From the NCBI GenBank assembly GCA_022763805.1, contig JALERC010000013.1, positions 1 through 28,628 of the forward strand: DNA of 28,628 nt, written 5' to 3'. Below the pieces are notes generated by a model. It was not told where the DNA came from. It saw only the letters and a list, made by a program, of their open reading frames with translations, and ran no database searches. Both the position numbers and the translations under genes were made by a program. Below are positions 16,346 to 24,854 of this stretch, in pieces (the first letter of the stretch is position 1; each line of letters begins with the position of its first letter). Source of the stretch: Mycoplasmatota bacterium. Its GTDB lineage: Bacteria > Bacillota_I > Bacilli_A > RF39 > UBA660.

Positions 16346-16690
16346 ATGGTAATAGGTGAACGTATTAAACAAGCTCGTATTAACCAAGGACTAACTCAAG
16401 AAGATTTAGGAAAAGCTCTAAATGTTTCCAAAGTATCTATATGTGGATATGAAAAAGGAACACGTACTCCAACAATGGAAAACTTTATGAAATTAATAGA
16501 AATACTAGAATGTGACCCTAATTATTTATTAGGAAGAGATATAGAAGCAAAAGTAGAAAATAAAAAAGTTACACTATTAAAAGAAGATATTAAGATAATA
16601 AGAGAGTTAAAAAAACATAATGAATTATATTATAAAATAATATCAGATCCAGTAAGAACTATTGAACTTATAAGAAGAAGAATTAAATAG
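16346..16690 (+). CDS. XRE-family HTH transcriptional regulator, SinR-like (114 aa)
   Basis: MVIGERIKQARINQGLTQEDLGKALNVSKVSICGYEKGTRTP resembles the SinR N-terminal HTH (IGQRIKQYRKEKGYSLSELAEKAGVAKSYLSSIERN). The RBS is GGGAGGA. Confidence 0.75.
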   Translation: MVIGERIKQARINQGLTQEDLGKALNVSKVSICGYEKGTRTPTMENFMKLIEILECDPNYLLGRDIEAKVENKKVTLLKEDIKIIRELKKHNELYYKIISDPVRTIELIRRRIK

Positions 16691-16709
16691 GTATATACCT
16701 ATTTTTTTT
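16687..16709 (+). terminator. Rho-independent terminator
   Basis: Palindrome ataggtatatacctat(16687-16702) plus a T-run at 16703-16709. Confidence 0.55.
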
Positions 16710-16740
16710 ATTGTATGATATACTTATAATAGGTGATAAT

Positions 16741-18015
16741 ATGAACATAGTAGATATAATAAACAAAAAAAGAAAGAATATTGAATTAAATGACGAAGAA
16801 ATTAAATATGCAATTGAAGGATATGTAGCAAATAAGATAAAAGATTATCAAATGAGTGCTTTATTGATGGCAATATGTTTAAATGGTATGACTGATCATG
16901 AAACAGCAGTACTAACAGAAGTAATGTATAAAAGTGGAGATATAATTAATTTAGATAAAATTAAAAGTACTAAGGTTGATAAACATTCTACAGGTGGAGT
17001 AGGAGATAAAACAACTTTAATTTTACTTCCACTAGTTGCTTCTTGTGGTGTAGTAGCTCCTAAAATGAGTGGAAGAGGTTTAGGTTTTACAGGAGGTACA
17101 ATTGATAAATTAGAATCTATTCCTGGTTTTAATACAAAATTAGATATTAATGATTTCATGGAACAAGTAAATGAAATAGGGGTTGCTATTGCTAGTCAAA
17201 CAGGTAATTTAGTACCAGCAGATAAAAAAATATATGCTTTACGTGACGTAACAGGAACAGTAGAATCTATTCCTTTAATAGCTTCATCTATTATGAGTAA
17301 AAAACTTGCAAGTGGGGCTGACACAATTGTAATTGATTTAAAAGTTGGTAATGGGGCTTTAATGAAAGATTATGAAAGTGCTAAAAAATTAGCTGAAACT
17401 ATGGTTAATATTGGTAAGAGTCATAATAGACAAGTTATATGTGTACTTACTGATATGAATCAACCTTTAGGATGTGCTATAGGTAATTCATTAGAAGTAA
17501 AAGAAAGTATAGATGTACTAAATAATAGAGGCCCTAAAGATATAACTAACTTAATTATTGCACTTGCAACCATTATGGTATCATGTGGACTTGGTATATC
17601 ATTTGAAGAAGCAAATAAAAAAGTCCATGATAATTTAAATAATGGCAATGCATATGTAAAATTTTTAGAACTTGTTAAAAAACAAGGAGGAAGAATTGAA
17701 GAGTTGGATGTTGCTAAAAATGTAGTTAGTATAAAAAGTAGATTATCTGGATATATTAATGAAATTAAAACTGATGATTTAGGTGAAATATCTCGAAAAC
17801 TTGGTGGTGGAAGATATGAAAAGAATGATGAAATAAACTTTGGTGTAGGTTTAGTATTATCTAAAAAATTAGGTGATTATGTAATGGAAGATGAAGAAAT
17901 ATTAAAGGTATATTTTGATGATAAAAGTGTTAGTGTAGATGAAATATTAAAATGTTTTAAAATAGAAACTAATAAAATAAATTCTAATCCTCTTATATAT
18001 GAAGTGATTAAATGA
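16741..18015 (+). CDS. pdp: Pyrimidine-nucleoside (thymidine) phosphorylase
   Basis: Family motifs KHSTGGVGDKTT and SGRGLGFTGGT. The RBS AGGTGA precedes ATG 16741; the track start at 16711 overlaps the upstream terminator and is rejected. Confidence 0.85.
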   Translation: MNIVDIINKKRKNIELNDEEIKYAIEGYVANKIKDYQMSALLMAICLNGMTDHETAVLTEVMYKSGDIINLDKIKSTKVDKHSTGGVGDKTTLILLPLVASCGVVAPKMSGRGLGFTGGTIDKLESIPGFNTKLDINDFMEQVNEIGVAIASQTGNLVPADKKIYALRDVTGTVESIPLIASSIMSKKLASGADTIVIDLKVGNGALMKDYESAKKLAETMVNIGKSHNRQVICVLTDMNQPLGCAIGNSLEVKESIDVLNNRGPKDITNLIIALATIMVSCGLGISFEEANKKVHDNLNNGNAYVKFLELVKKQGGRIEELDVAKNVVSIKSRLSGYINEIKTDDLGEISRKLGGGRYEKNDEINFGVGLVLSKKLGDYVMEDEEILKVYFDDKSVSVDEILKCFKIETNKINSNPLIYEVIK

Positions 18016-18599
18016 TTATAATTAAAAAAATGTTTTGGATATATACATTACCATTTTTATTTTTAATTGGATATATACTTGTAGCGTTTATTTTTAAAGT
18101 TATTAAAGAAGTAATTAAGAAAGAAGTATCATTAGAAGATTTTACAAAAGAAGTGGATGTAAGATATGCAAGATGTGATACTGTGTATAACTCGCTTGAA
18201 AAATTAAATAATTATCATAAAATAGTTCTTCTTACAAATGATACCATGTTGTTTATGAATGAGTACAGTATATCTTTAATAACAGTTAAAAATTATATTG
18301 GAACAATAAAAGGTAATGAAGATGATAAAATATTAACTATTAAATCTGAAGAAGAATTGGAAGTAGAAAATCCTAAAAGTTTGTTAAATAAAGTATATGA
18401 TAAAATAAAAGAAAAAATACCTAATTATGAGGTAAAAAAGTATTTAATTCTTGGTACTGTTTGTATTACTAATTTGAAATATAAAGATATAAAAATATTA
18501 CGAATGAATAATTATTATTATTATATAAATAAGTTAGGTATTAAAAAAATATATACAAAGGAAATTATTGATAAAGTATTTGATGGTTTAAAATGGTAG
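18012..18599 (+). CDS. Hypothetical membrane-anchored protein (195 aa), translationally coupled to pdp (ATGA overlap)
   Basis: N-terminal TM helix (FWIYTLPFLFLIGYILVAFIF) followed by a soluble domain. I recognised no motifs. Confidence 0.45.
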   Translation: MIIIKKMFWIYTLPFLFLIGYILVAFIFKVIKEVIKKEVSLEDFTKEVDVRYARCDTVYNSLEKLNNYHKIVLLTNDTMLFMNEYSISLITVKNYIGTIKGNEDDKILTIKSEEELEVENPKSLLNKVYDKIKEKIPNYEVKKYLILGTVCITNLKYKDIKILRMNNYYYYINKLGIKKIYTKEIIDKVFDGLKW

Positions 18600-18747
18600 A
18601 ATTAATATCAAATAAATATTTAATTACTAGTATTACAAAATTATTTTCATAAAATGAAATAAAAAATATTTGATTGTGTAAAGTAATGTAAAAAGTATTG
18701 ATTAAAAAAAAATTATAGTTTATTATCATAATAGGGAGTGTGATAAA

Positions 18748-18948
18748 GTGAGACATCCATCAATAGATAAACTACTAAATAAAGTTGGCTCAAAATATTT
18801 ATTAGTGAATGTTGTTGCTAAAAGAGCGAAAGAAATTGAAAACAATGGCTTTTACCAAATGAAAGAATGTGAATATAAATCAGTAAAACCAATTGGTAGA
18901 GCATTAGAAGAAATAGCTAAGGACCTTGTTCGTATAAAAAAGGATTAG
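18748..18948 (+). CDS. rpoZ: DNA-directed RNA polymerase subunit omega
   Basis: 66 aa; HPSIDKLLNKVGSKYLLVNVVAKRAKEI matches the RpoZ N-terminal signature. GTG start with RBS AGGGAG. Confidence 0.8.
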   Translation: MRHPSIDKLLNKVGSKYLLVNVVAKRAKEIENNGFYQMKECEYKSVKPIGRALEEIAKDLVRIKKD

Positions 18949-18972
18949 CTTTTTTTAATTAGAAAGGACATC

Positions 18973-19470
18973 ATGAAGTACAGAAAACTAAAAAATGGAA
19001 AATATAAAATTGTTGATATGAATATAATTACATATGAAGAAGTTGTAATGAAATATTTTAATCAAAATGTGAGTATGGAAACAATATTAAAAGAAAATGA
19101 GTTTTATGATGAATATTATAAATGTATTAGATTAATAAACAAAAGATTAAGATCAATTAAAGAAATAAAAAAAATAACTAATAGTGATGTATTAGATAGA
19201 TTGATTACTAATGGTTATCTTAATGATTTAAGATATGCTAAAGCATTTATACATGATAAGTATCTTTTATCCAATGAAGGGCCATTAAAAATCAAATATA
19301 AGCTTATCTCAAATGATATTGATGAATTAGTTATTGATGAAATATTAAAAGAATATGATTTTAGTAAAAAAATAAAGAATACTTTACTTAAATATGGTAT
19401 AGAGGATGGTACTCGGAAATTATTAAGTAGAGGATATGATCTAGAAGATATAAAAAAAGAAATTCAATAG
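18973..19470 (+). CDS. recX: RecX-family regulatory protein (165 aa)
   Basis: Repeated RecX-type helical motif: VLDRLITNGYLNDLRYAKAFIHDKY..GPLKIKYKLISNDID..., then LLSRGYDLEDIKKEI, compared with E. coli RecX GYLDDSRFVARFIASR..GP.RIRQELNQKGI...LLYRGYLMEDIQEI. Confidence 0.55.
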   Translation: MKYRKLKNGKYKIVDMNIITYEEVVMKYFNQNVSMETILKENEFYDEYYKCIRLINKRLRSIKEIKKITNSDVLDRLITNGYLNDLRYAKAFIHDKYLLSNEGPLKIKYKLISNDIDELVIDEILKEYDFSKKIKNTLLKYGIEDGTRKLLSRGYDLEDIKKEIQ

Positions 19471-19484
19471 AATTTCTTTTTTTT
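19458..19484. terminator. Bidirectional rho-independent terminator between recX (+) and the PPIase gene (-)
   Basis: agaaattc(19458-19465)/gaatttct(19470-19477). A T-run at 19478-19484 serves the + strand and an A-run at 19452-19457 serves the minus strand. Confidence 0.5.
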
Positions 19485-20529
19485 ATCCTTGTTGTTCTTC
19501 AGTTTTTTGAGTTTCGTTGTAACTTTTAACTACAGTATCATATGCTTCTTTAATTTTTTTATCATTAATTTTTAAATTGTAGTTTTTACGAATTTCTGCC
19601 CATGCTTTAGAAACAATATTTGCGTCATTTTTAGTTGCTTCTTCATATAAAGAATCAACAATATCATCTTGAGCATCTTTTAAACTTGGTTTTTTATTTT
19701 GTTTAACTCTTAAAATAACGAAATATCCATAACTTGATTCAACAGGTTCAGTTGTGTATTTTCCATCTTCTAGTGCTACAACAGCATCCCAGAATTCAGA
19801 TACTACTTCATCTTTAGTAAATCCATTAAATAATCCACCTTCACTAGCTGTAGATGAATCATCAGAATATTTTTTAGCTAATTCAGCAAAATCTTCATCT
19901 TTTTTAAGTTTTTTAATAACTGTATTTGCTTTTTTAAGAGCTTCTTCTTCTGCTTTTTTAACTTCTTCATCACTCATACCATCTTTAGTTTTTGGTTGAA
20001 TTAAAATATATCTTGCAACCATAGAACCTTCAACTTTTTCATTATAATAGTTTTTAATATCACTTTTACTGAAGTTATTCTTTTTAATATAGTTTTCAGC
20101 AACAATGTTCTTTAATTGATCTTTTATAACTATTTTTTTAAAAGCTTCTTCATTATCATATCCAGCACCAGCTAGTGCAGTTTTAAAATCTTGTCCATAA
20201 CTTTCGTATTGAGCTTTTAGATTTTCAAGATAACTGTCAGCATATTCTTCTGCTTCTTTTTTATCATCGTCATCTACTTCTTTTTTAGTAATGTATTCAT
20301 CGATTATAGAAGTAAGAACATTTTGACCTCCTTGTTCTTTTAATTCTGTGTATAAATCGTTTGCTGTAAATTTTTTACCATCTATTGAAGCAACTACTTC
20401 ATCTCCATTTTTTATAGCAGGTACCTTTCTTTCATTAATAAGCATACCAATTAAAACACCAATGATTACCATCACACCACATAATAATGCAGTTTTCATA
20501 TTTTTGTTTTTCATAAGCTTGTCTTTCAT
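19483..20529 (-). CDS. prsA: Membrane-anchored PpiC/parvulin-type peptidyl-prolyl isomerase (PrsA/SurA-like foldase)
   Basis: N-terminal TM anchor, a SurA-N-like region and a parvulin domain (ARYILIQPK...GGLFNGFTKDEVVSEFWDAVVALEDGKYTTEPVESSYGYFVILRV). The start at ATG 20527-20529 (MKDKLMKNKNMK) is supported by the RBS GGAAGGAGA; the track N-terminal extension is rejected. Confidence 0.8.
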   Translation of the reverse strand: MKDKLMKNKNMKTALLCGVMVIIGVLIGMLINERKVPAIKNGDEVVASIDGKKFTANDLYTELKEQGGQNVLTSIIDEYITKKEVDDDDKKEAEEYADSYLENLKAQYESYGQDFKTALAGAGYDNEEAFKKIVIKDQLKNIVAENYIKKNNFSKSDIKNYYNEKVEGSMVARYILIQPKTKDGMSDEEVKKAEEEALKKANTVIKKLKKDEDFAELAKKYSDDSSTASEGGLFNGFTKDEVVSEFWDAVVALEDGKYTTEPVESSYGYFVILRVKQNKKPSLKDAQDDIVDSLYEEATKNDANIVSKAWAEIRKNYNLKINDKKIKEAYDTVVKSYNETQKTEEQQG

Positions 20530-20681
20530 AAAAATCTCCTTCCATATTAAGTATAATGGTGTCATCATACGATATAATCTTATCAAAAAAATTATGAAAA
20601 TACAATAATTTCTTTAAAGTATTCACATATATTTCATAATTCCATAAAATATTGTGAATAGAAAAAAAGGAGGTAAGTCGT

Positions 20682-20765
20682 ATGTGTAACACAGGTATAT
20701 CAGGAGCAGCTATTGTTTTAGTATTATTCATATTATTAATAATTATACTTGGAGCTTACATCTAA
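20682..20765 (+). CDS. YjcZ-family tiny transmembrane sporulation protein (27 aa) MCNTGISGAAIVLVLFILLIIILGAYI
   Basis: Strong RBS AAAGGAGG. The core VLVLFILLIIILGA matches the conserved (F)ALIVVLFILLIIVGA core of the Bacillus YjcZ family. Not in the ORF track because it is short. Confidence 0.45.
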   Translation: MCNTGISGAAIVLVLFILLIIILGAYI

Positions 20766-20777
20766 GGAGGTGTAAAA

Positions 20778-20894
20778 ATGGCTTGTCAAAATACAAATAA
20801 TTGTAATAATACCAAACATAATTCTTCCAATTATATAATAATTGTAGTATTATATATTCTACTCGCTATAATTTTAGGAGCTTGGATATGGTAA
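20778..20894 (+). CDS. Second YjcZ-like tiny transmembrane protein (38 aa) MACQNTNNCNNTKHNSSNYIIIVVLYILLAIILGAWIW
   Basis: Strong RBS AAGGAGG 12 nt after the previous peptide. It shares the IVVLYILLAIILGAW core with its neighbour and is followed by a terminator. Confidence 0.4.
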   Translation: MACQNTNNCNNTKHNSSNYIIIVVLYILLAIILGAWIW

Positions 20895-20900
20895 AATTAA

Positions 20901-20922
20901 AAAGAGAATTATTCTCTTTTTT
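20901..20922 (+). terminator. Rho-independent terminator after the tandem tiny-peptide genes
   Basis: Palindrome aaagagaat t attctcttt followed by a T-run at 20917-20922. Confidence 0.5.
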
Positions 20923-20946
20923 CATGTCAAGTTTTACATTTAAACA

Positions 20947-20975
20947 TTGAAAATATATTATATATAATGTAAAAT
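20947..20975 (+). promoter_or_regulatory. Candidate promoter TTGAAA-17-TAAAAT for rsmH-ftsL-pbp
   Basis: TTGAAA at 20947-20952, TAAAAT at 20970-20975 preceded by TG, about 38 nt upstream of ATG 21013. Confidence 0.35.
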
Positions 20976-21012
20976 GTTAATGTAAGGTGAGTACATTTAA
21001 GGAGGAATTATT

Positions 21013-21927
21013 ATGCATATAAGTGTTTTATTAAATGAATGTATAGAAAATTTGAATTTAAAAGATGATAGTGTAATCGTTGATTGTACTCTAGGATACG
21101 GGGGACACAGTAGCGAAATTTTAAAAAGAGTTACTAAAGGAAAACTATATTCTTTTGATCAAGATGATGAAGCTATAAAATCAGCTAAAAATAGATTAGA
21201 TAAAATAGGAAATAATTATACTATTATAAGAAGTAACTTTGTAAATTTAGAAAGTGAAATAAAAAAATATGAAAACAGTGTTGATGGAATACTTTATGAT
21301 TTAGGAGTATCATCACCTCAATTAGATGAAGCTGAAAGAGGATTTAGTTTTCACAATGATGCTGAATTAGATATGCGTATGGATAAAACTAGTCCATTAA
21401 AAGCATATGATGTTGTTAATAATTATTCATATGAAGAATTAACTAATATACTATATAAATATGGAGAAGAAAAATATGCATCAAGTATTGCAAAAAAAAT
21501 AATTAAAGAAAGAGAATTAAAACCAATTAAAACAACTTTAGAATTAGTTGAAATTATTAAATCAGCTGTTCCAGAAAAATATAAAAGAGATAAACACCCA
21601 GCAAGAAAAACATTTCAAGCTATTAGAATAGAAGTTAATAAAGAATTAGATGTGTTTGAAAGCAGTTTACGTCAAGCTTTAGATTTAGTTAAAATTGGTG
21701 GTAGAGTATGTGTTATAACTTTCCACTCACTAGAAGATAAGATATGTAAAAATATTTTTAAAAGTGTTAGTGAGGTAGATAAGAATTTAAGAAACATGCC
21801 TATCATCCCTGATGAACTGATGCCTAAATATAAAGTTATTGCTAATATTAAACCTTCTTTAGAAGAACTAGCTAATAATAATAGAGCAAGAAGTGCTCGC
21901 TTAAGAGTAATTGAAAGGGTAAGATAA
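21013..21927 (+). CDS. rsmH: 16S rRNA (cytosine1402-N4)-methyltransferase RsmH (MraW)
   Basis: The N-terminus HISVLLNECIENL...VDCTLGYGGHS is the RsmH signature, followed by a SAM-MTase fold. The RBS is AGGAGG. Confidence 0.9.
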   Translation: MHISVLLNECIENLNLKDDSVIVDCTLGYGGHSSEILKRVTKGKLYSFDQDDEAIKSAKNRLDKIGNNYTIIRSNFVNLESEIKKYENSVDGILYDLGVSSPQLDEAERGFSFHNDAELDMRMDKTSPLKAYDVVNNYSYEELTNILYKYGEEKYASSIAKKIIKERELKPIKTTLELVEIIKSAVPEKYKRDKHPARKTFQAIRIEVNKELDVFESSLRQALDLVKIGGRVCVITFHSLEDKICKNIFKSVSEVDKNLRNMPIIPDELMPKYKVIANIKPSLEELANNNRARSARLRVIERVR

Positions 21928-21930
21928 ATA

Positions 21931-22227
21931 ATGAAAAAGAATAAAAAGGCGGTAATTAGATTTACAAAAGGGGAAAAATTATTAATGTCGTGTTGTTTAT
22001 TTTTGCTTATAACTATGTTATTAGTTCAAGTATTCTGTGGTTCTTTAGAGGGTAATTTAAATATGAGTGTTGAAAAACTAAAGTATCAAATTCAAGAACA
22101 AGAAAAGAAAAATGAAAGTTTACAAATGCAAGTAAGTGAATTAACTAGTTACGATAAAATCAAAGATATAGTTAAAGAAATGGGACTTGCATATAATAAT
22201 GAGAATATCATAGTTGTTACAAAATAA
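21931..22227 (+). CDS. ftsL: Cell division protein FtsL-like (98 aa, bitopic with coiled coil)
   Basis: Position directly after rsmH, a single TM helix, and a leucine-zipper-like coiled coil (KLKYQIQEQEKKNESLQMQVSELTS). Confidence 0.7.
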   Translation: MKKNKKAVIRFTKGEKLLMSCCLFLLITMLLVQVFCGSLEGNLNMSVEKLKYQIQEQEKKNESLQMQVSELTSYDKIKDIVKEMGLAYNNENIIVVTK

Positions 22228-22240
22228 ACGAGGTGCTAAT

Positions 22241-24385
22241 ATGAGAGATAAAAAGAAAAATGTAAAAAAATGGAATGCTCCGGCATATTTTTTTCGTGTT
22301 GTTTTTATCTCTTTTTTAATTATTTTTGCACAATTAACATATATATCAATGTTTCCAAACTTATATGGATATAATATGGATGAATTTGCTAAAGCTAGAA
22401 ATACATATTCAACTAAATTATATGCTAAAAGAGGAACAATATTTGATAATGAAGGAAATACTTTAGCACTTAATGTAGCATCATATACAGTAATTGCTTA
22501 TTTAAGTGAAACAAGAACAGGTAAAAGTTCAACACCTTTACATGTAGTTGACAAACAACTTACTGCAAAAAAATTGTCTCCTATTCTAAACATGAGTGAA
22601 GAATATATATTGTCATTATTAAATAAAAATGCTTATCAAGTTGAACTGGGGCCTGGTGGTCGCGGAATTACAGAACTAGTAAAAGAACAAATTGAAGAAT
22701 TAAATTTACCAGGGATAGATTTTAAAGAAACTTTTAAAAGATATTATCCTAATGGTGATTTTGCATCTTATGTAATAGGATATGCTAGACAATATGAGGA
22801 AAATGATTCTGATGGATATACTAATACATCAATAGTTGGTGAACTAGGTATTGAATCAAAATATAATAAATTACTTACTGGTACAAATGGTAAATTAACT
22901 TTTCAAAGAGATAGATATGGATATAAAATACCAGACACTAAAGAAGATAGAATAGAAGCAATTGATGGATCAGATGTATATTTAACAATTGATTCTAACA
23001 TTCAAAGATTTGTTGAAAGTGCAATGCAAAATATAAAAGGATATGAGCCAACATGGGCAAATATTACATTAATGAATGCGAAAACTGGTGAAATACTTGC
23101 AACATCAAGTTTGCCTTCATTTGATCCTAATTTAAGAAATGTTTCTAATTATCAAAATCCAATTGTAACATATTCATTTGAACCAGGTTCTACTATGAAA
23201 ACTTTTTCATATATGTGTGCTATTGATTCTGGCAAATATAATGGTAATACACTTGTTAATACAGGAAGTTTAATGATAGGGGATGATGAAGTTCGTGACT
23301 GGAATCGTACTGGTTGGGGATCAATATCATTAGATAAAGGTTTCGTCTATTCTTCTAATGTTGCTGCAACAACTATTGTTCAAAATGTTATAAATAAATC
23401 AGAATTAAGAGATTGTTATGAAAAATATGGATTTGGCAAAATAACAAATATTGAACTATCACATGAAGCAGCAGGTAATTTAAATTTTACTTATCCAATA
23501 GAAGTTGCTACGGCATCTTTTGGTCAAGGTATAACAACAACAGTACTTCAACAACTTCAAGGTTTATCAATTATTGCTAATGATGGTAAAATGATTAAAC
23601 CTCATATTGTTAGTAAAATAATTGATACAAATAATAATGAAATATTATATGAAGGAACTATTCAAAAATCTGATCAATTAGTAAAAAAATCAACAGTAGA
23701 ATATATTAAAAATTTGCTAGATCAAGTTGTAAACGATACTAGTGATTGGAATCGTAGTGGCCAACAATTTATGATTCCTGGATATGATATTATAGGTAAA
23801 ACTGGTACAGCTCAAATAGGTACTAATAATGGTTATTTACAAGGATGGAATGATTATATTTATTCATTTGCTGGAATGTATCCTAAAAATGATCCTGAAA
23901 TTATTATTTATGCTGCTGTAAAACAACCTAATGATGGTTCTAATAATTCTATAGCAAATGCATTTAAAGAAATAGTAATAAATACTACTAAATATTTAAA
24001 TATATTTGATATTTTTGATAATAATTCAAGTGTTGAAAATATAGTATTAAAATCATATAAAAATAAAGAAACAAATAAAGTAGAAGAAGAATTGAAAAGT
24101 AAAAATATTGATGTAATTAAAATAGGTAATGGTAATAAAATCATAAAACAATATCCTAAATCAGGAAGTGAAGTGTTATCTTATCAAAAAGTAATGTTAG
24201 TAACAAATGATACTAATTATGAATTACCATCACTCTATGGATGGTCTAAACAGGATTGTAAAAATTTATTTAAACTCATAAATAGAAATTACATAATTGA
24301 AGGTAATGGTTATGTAACAAGTTATGAGATTTTAGAAGATGGAACTGTTAAATTATTATTAAATAACAAGTGGGAAATAGGATAA
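22241..24385 (+). CDS. Class B penicillin-binding protein (FtsI/PBP2B/SpoVD family) with two C-terminal PASTA domains
   Basis: N-terminal TM anchor and the transpeptidase motifs STMK (GSTMKTF), SSN (YSSNVAA) and KTGT (GKTGTAQ). The PASTA-like repeats at the C-terminus are an architectural inference; I did not align them to a motif. Start at ATG 22241 (MRDKKKNVKKW) with RBS GAGGTG; the track start 22214 is rejected. Confidence 0.85.
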   Translation: MRDKKKNVKKWNAPAYFFRVVFISFLIIFAQLTYISMFPNLYGYNMDEFAKARNTYSTKLYAKRGTIFDNEGNTLALNVASYTVIAYLSETRTGKSSTPLHVVDKQLTAKKLSPILNMSEEYILSLLNKNAYQVELGPGGRGITELVKEQIEELNLPGIDFKETFKRYYPNGDFASYVIGYARQYEENDSDGYTNTSIVGELGIESKYNKLLTGTNGKLTFQRDRYGYKIPDTKEDRIEAIDGSDVYLTIDSNIQRFVESAMQNIKGYEPTWANITLMNAKTGEILATSSLPSFDPNLRNVSNYQNPIVTYSFEPGSTMKTFSYMCAIDSGKYNGNTLVNTGSLMIGDDEVRDWNRTGWGSISLDKGFVYSSNVAATTIVQNVINKSELRDCYEKYGFGKITNIELSHEAAGNLNFTYPIEVATASFGQGITTTVLQQLQGLSIIANDGKMIKPHIVSKIIDTNNNEILYEGTIQKSDQLVKKSTVEYIKNLLDQVVNDTSDWNRSGQQFMIPGYDIIGKTGTAQIGTNNGYLQGWNDYIYSFAGMYPKNDPEIIIYAAVKQPNDGSNNSIANAFKEIVINTTKYLNIFDIFDNNSSVENIVLKSYKNKETNKVEEELKSKNIDVIKIGNGNKIIKQYPKSGSEVLSYQKVMLVTNDTNYELPSLYGWSKQDCKNLFKLINRNYIIEGNGYVTSYEILEDGTVKLLLNNKWEIG

Positions 24386-24400
24386 AAACTATTTCCTTTT
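24372..24400 (+). terminator. Rho-independent terminator after the PBP gene
   Basis: ggaaatag(24372-24379)/ctatttcc(24388-24395) then TTTTT at 24396-24400. It overlaps the stop codon. Confidence 0.55.
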
Positions 24401-24521
24401 TATTTACATTTTTGTAATGTAAAGTATGAAAATGTAAAGTAATTATAAGTCAACTTGACAGTATTATAATTTGATGTTAACTCTTGTAAAATAAGGGATT
24501 TTTTTATTTTTCAAAAACATA

Positions 24522-24551
24522 TTGACAAAGAAAAAACCATCATTTTATAAT
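24522..24551 (+). promoter_or_regulatory. Near-consensus sigma-A promoter TTGACA-18-TATAAT upstream of the surface-protein module
   Basis: TTGACA at 24522-24527 and TATAAT at 24546-24551, 36 nt before ATG 24588. Confidence 0.45.
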
Positions 24552-24587
24552 ATGACTTAATGACAAAAATTAGAAAGTTGGAAGTAT

Positions 24588-24854
24588 ATGTTTAGAAAAG
24601 TTTTGAATATCGTTTTTTATATTTTAATGACTACATTGTTTTTAATATGGGTTATAGATTACTCAAATGTAGTATTAAAAAAAGATCCATTATTTTGTGT
24701 TGAATACAAAAAAAATAAATATGAAGACGGGTACACTAATATATGTAATGGTGTTGGTTACAAAGTAATTAAGTATAATAGAAAATCATTAACCAAAGGA
24801 TATACATATGGGTCACTTTTATTAAAAGAGATTGGAGCTGATATAAATGAATAA
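24588..24854 (+). CDS. Small membrane-anchored hypothetical protein (88 aa)
   Basis: N-terminal TM helix (IVFYILMTTLFLIWVI). It overlaps the next gene by 8 nt (ATGAATAA), so the two are in an operon. Confidence 0.45.
   Translation: MFRKVLNIVFYILMTTLFLIWVIDYSNVVLKKDPLFCVEYKKNKYEDGYTNICNGVGYKVIKYNRKSLTKGYTYGSLLLKEIGADINE

Noticed and set aside
16711-16740. ORF-track N-terminal extensions at 16711 (pdp), 22214 (PBP), 20586 (prsA), 8262 (acyltransferase), 13907 (hypothetical) and 713 (ZIP)
   Set aside because: In each case a downstream in-frame start has a properly spaced Shine-Dalgarno sequence. The extension either overlaps a terminator or the preceding gene, or lacks an RBS.
16896-17648. Two minus-strand ORFs inside pdp
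   Set aside because: Antisense artefacts within a strongly conserved enzyme gene.
18565-18756. Minus-strand 63-aa ORF between the hypothetical gene and rpoZ
   Set aside because: It overlaps the rpoZ RBS/start and the end of the upstream gene, has low complexity and no RBS.
19754-20731. + strand ORFs 19754-19999 and 20348-20608, and minus-strand ORF 20435-20731
   Set aside because: The first two are antisense to the PPIase gene. The third runs across the prsA start and the divergent promoter region and conflicts with the RBS-supported prsA start at 20529.
23908-24144. Minus-strand ORF inside the PBP gene
   Set aside because: Antisense artefact.
24455-24470. TTGACA followed 4 nt later by TATAAT
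   Set aside because: The spacing is incompatible with a sigma-A promoter. The real promoter is the TTGACA-18-TATAAT pair at 24522-24551.
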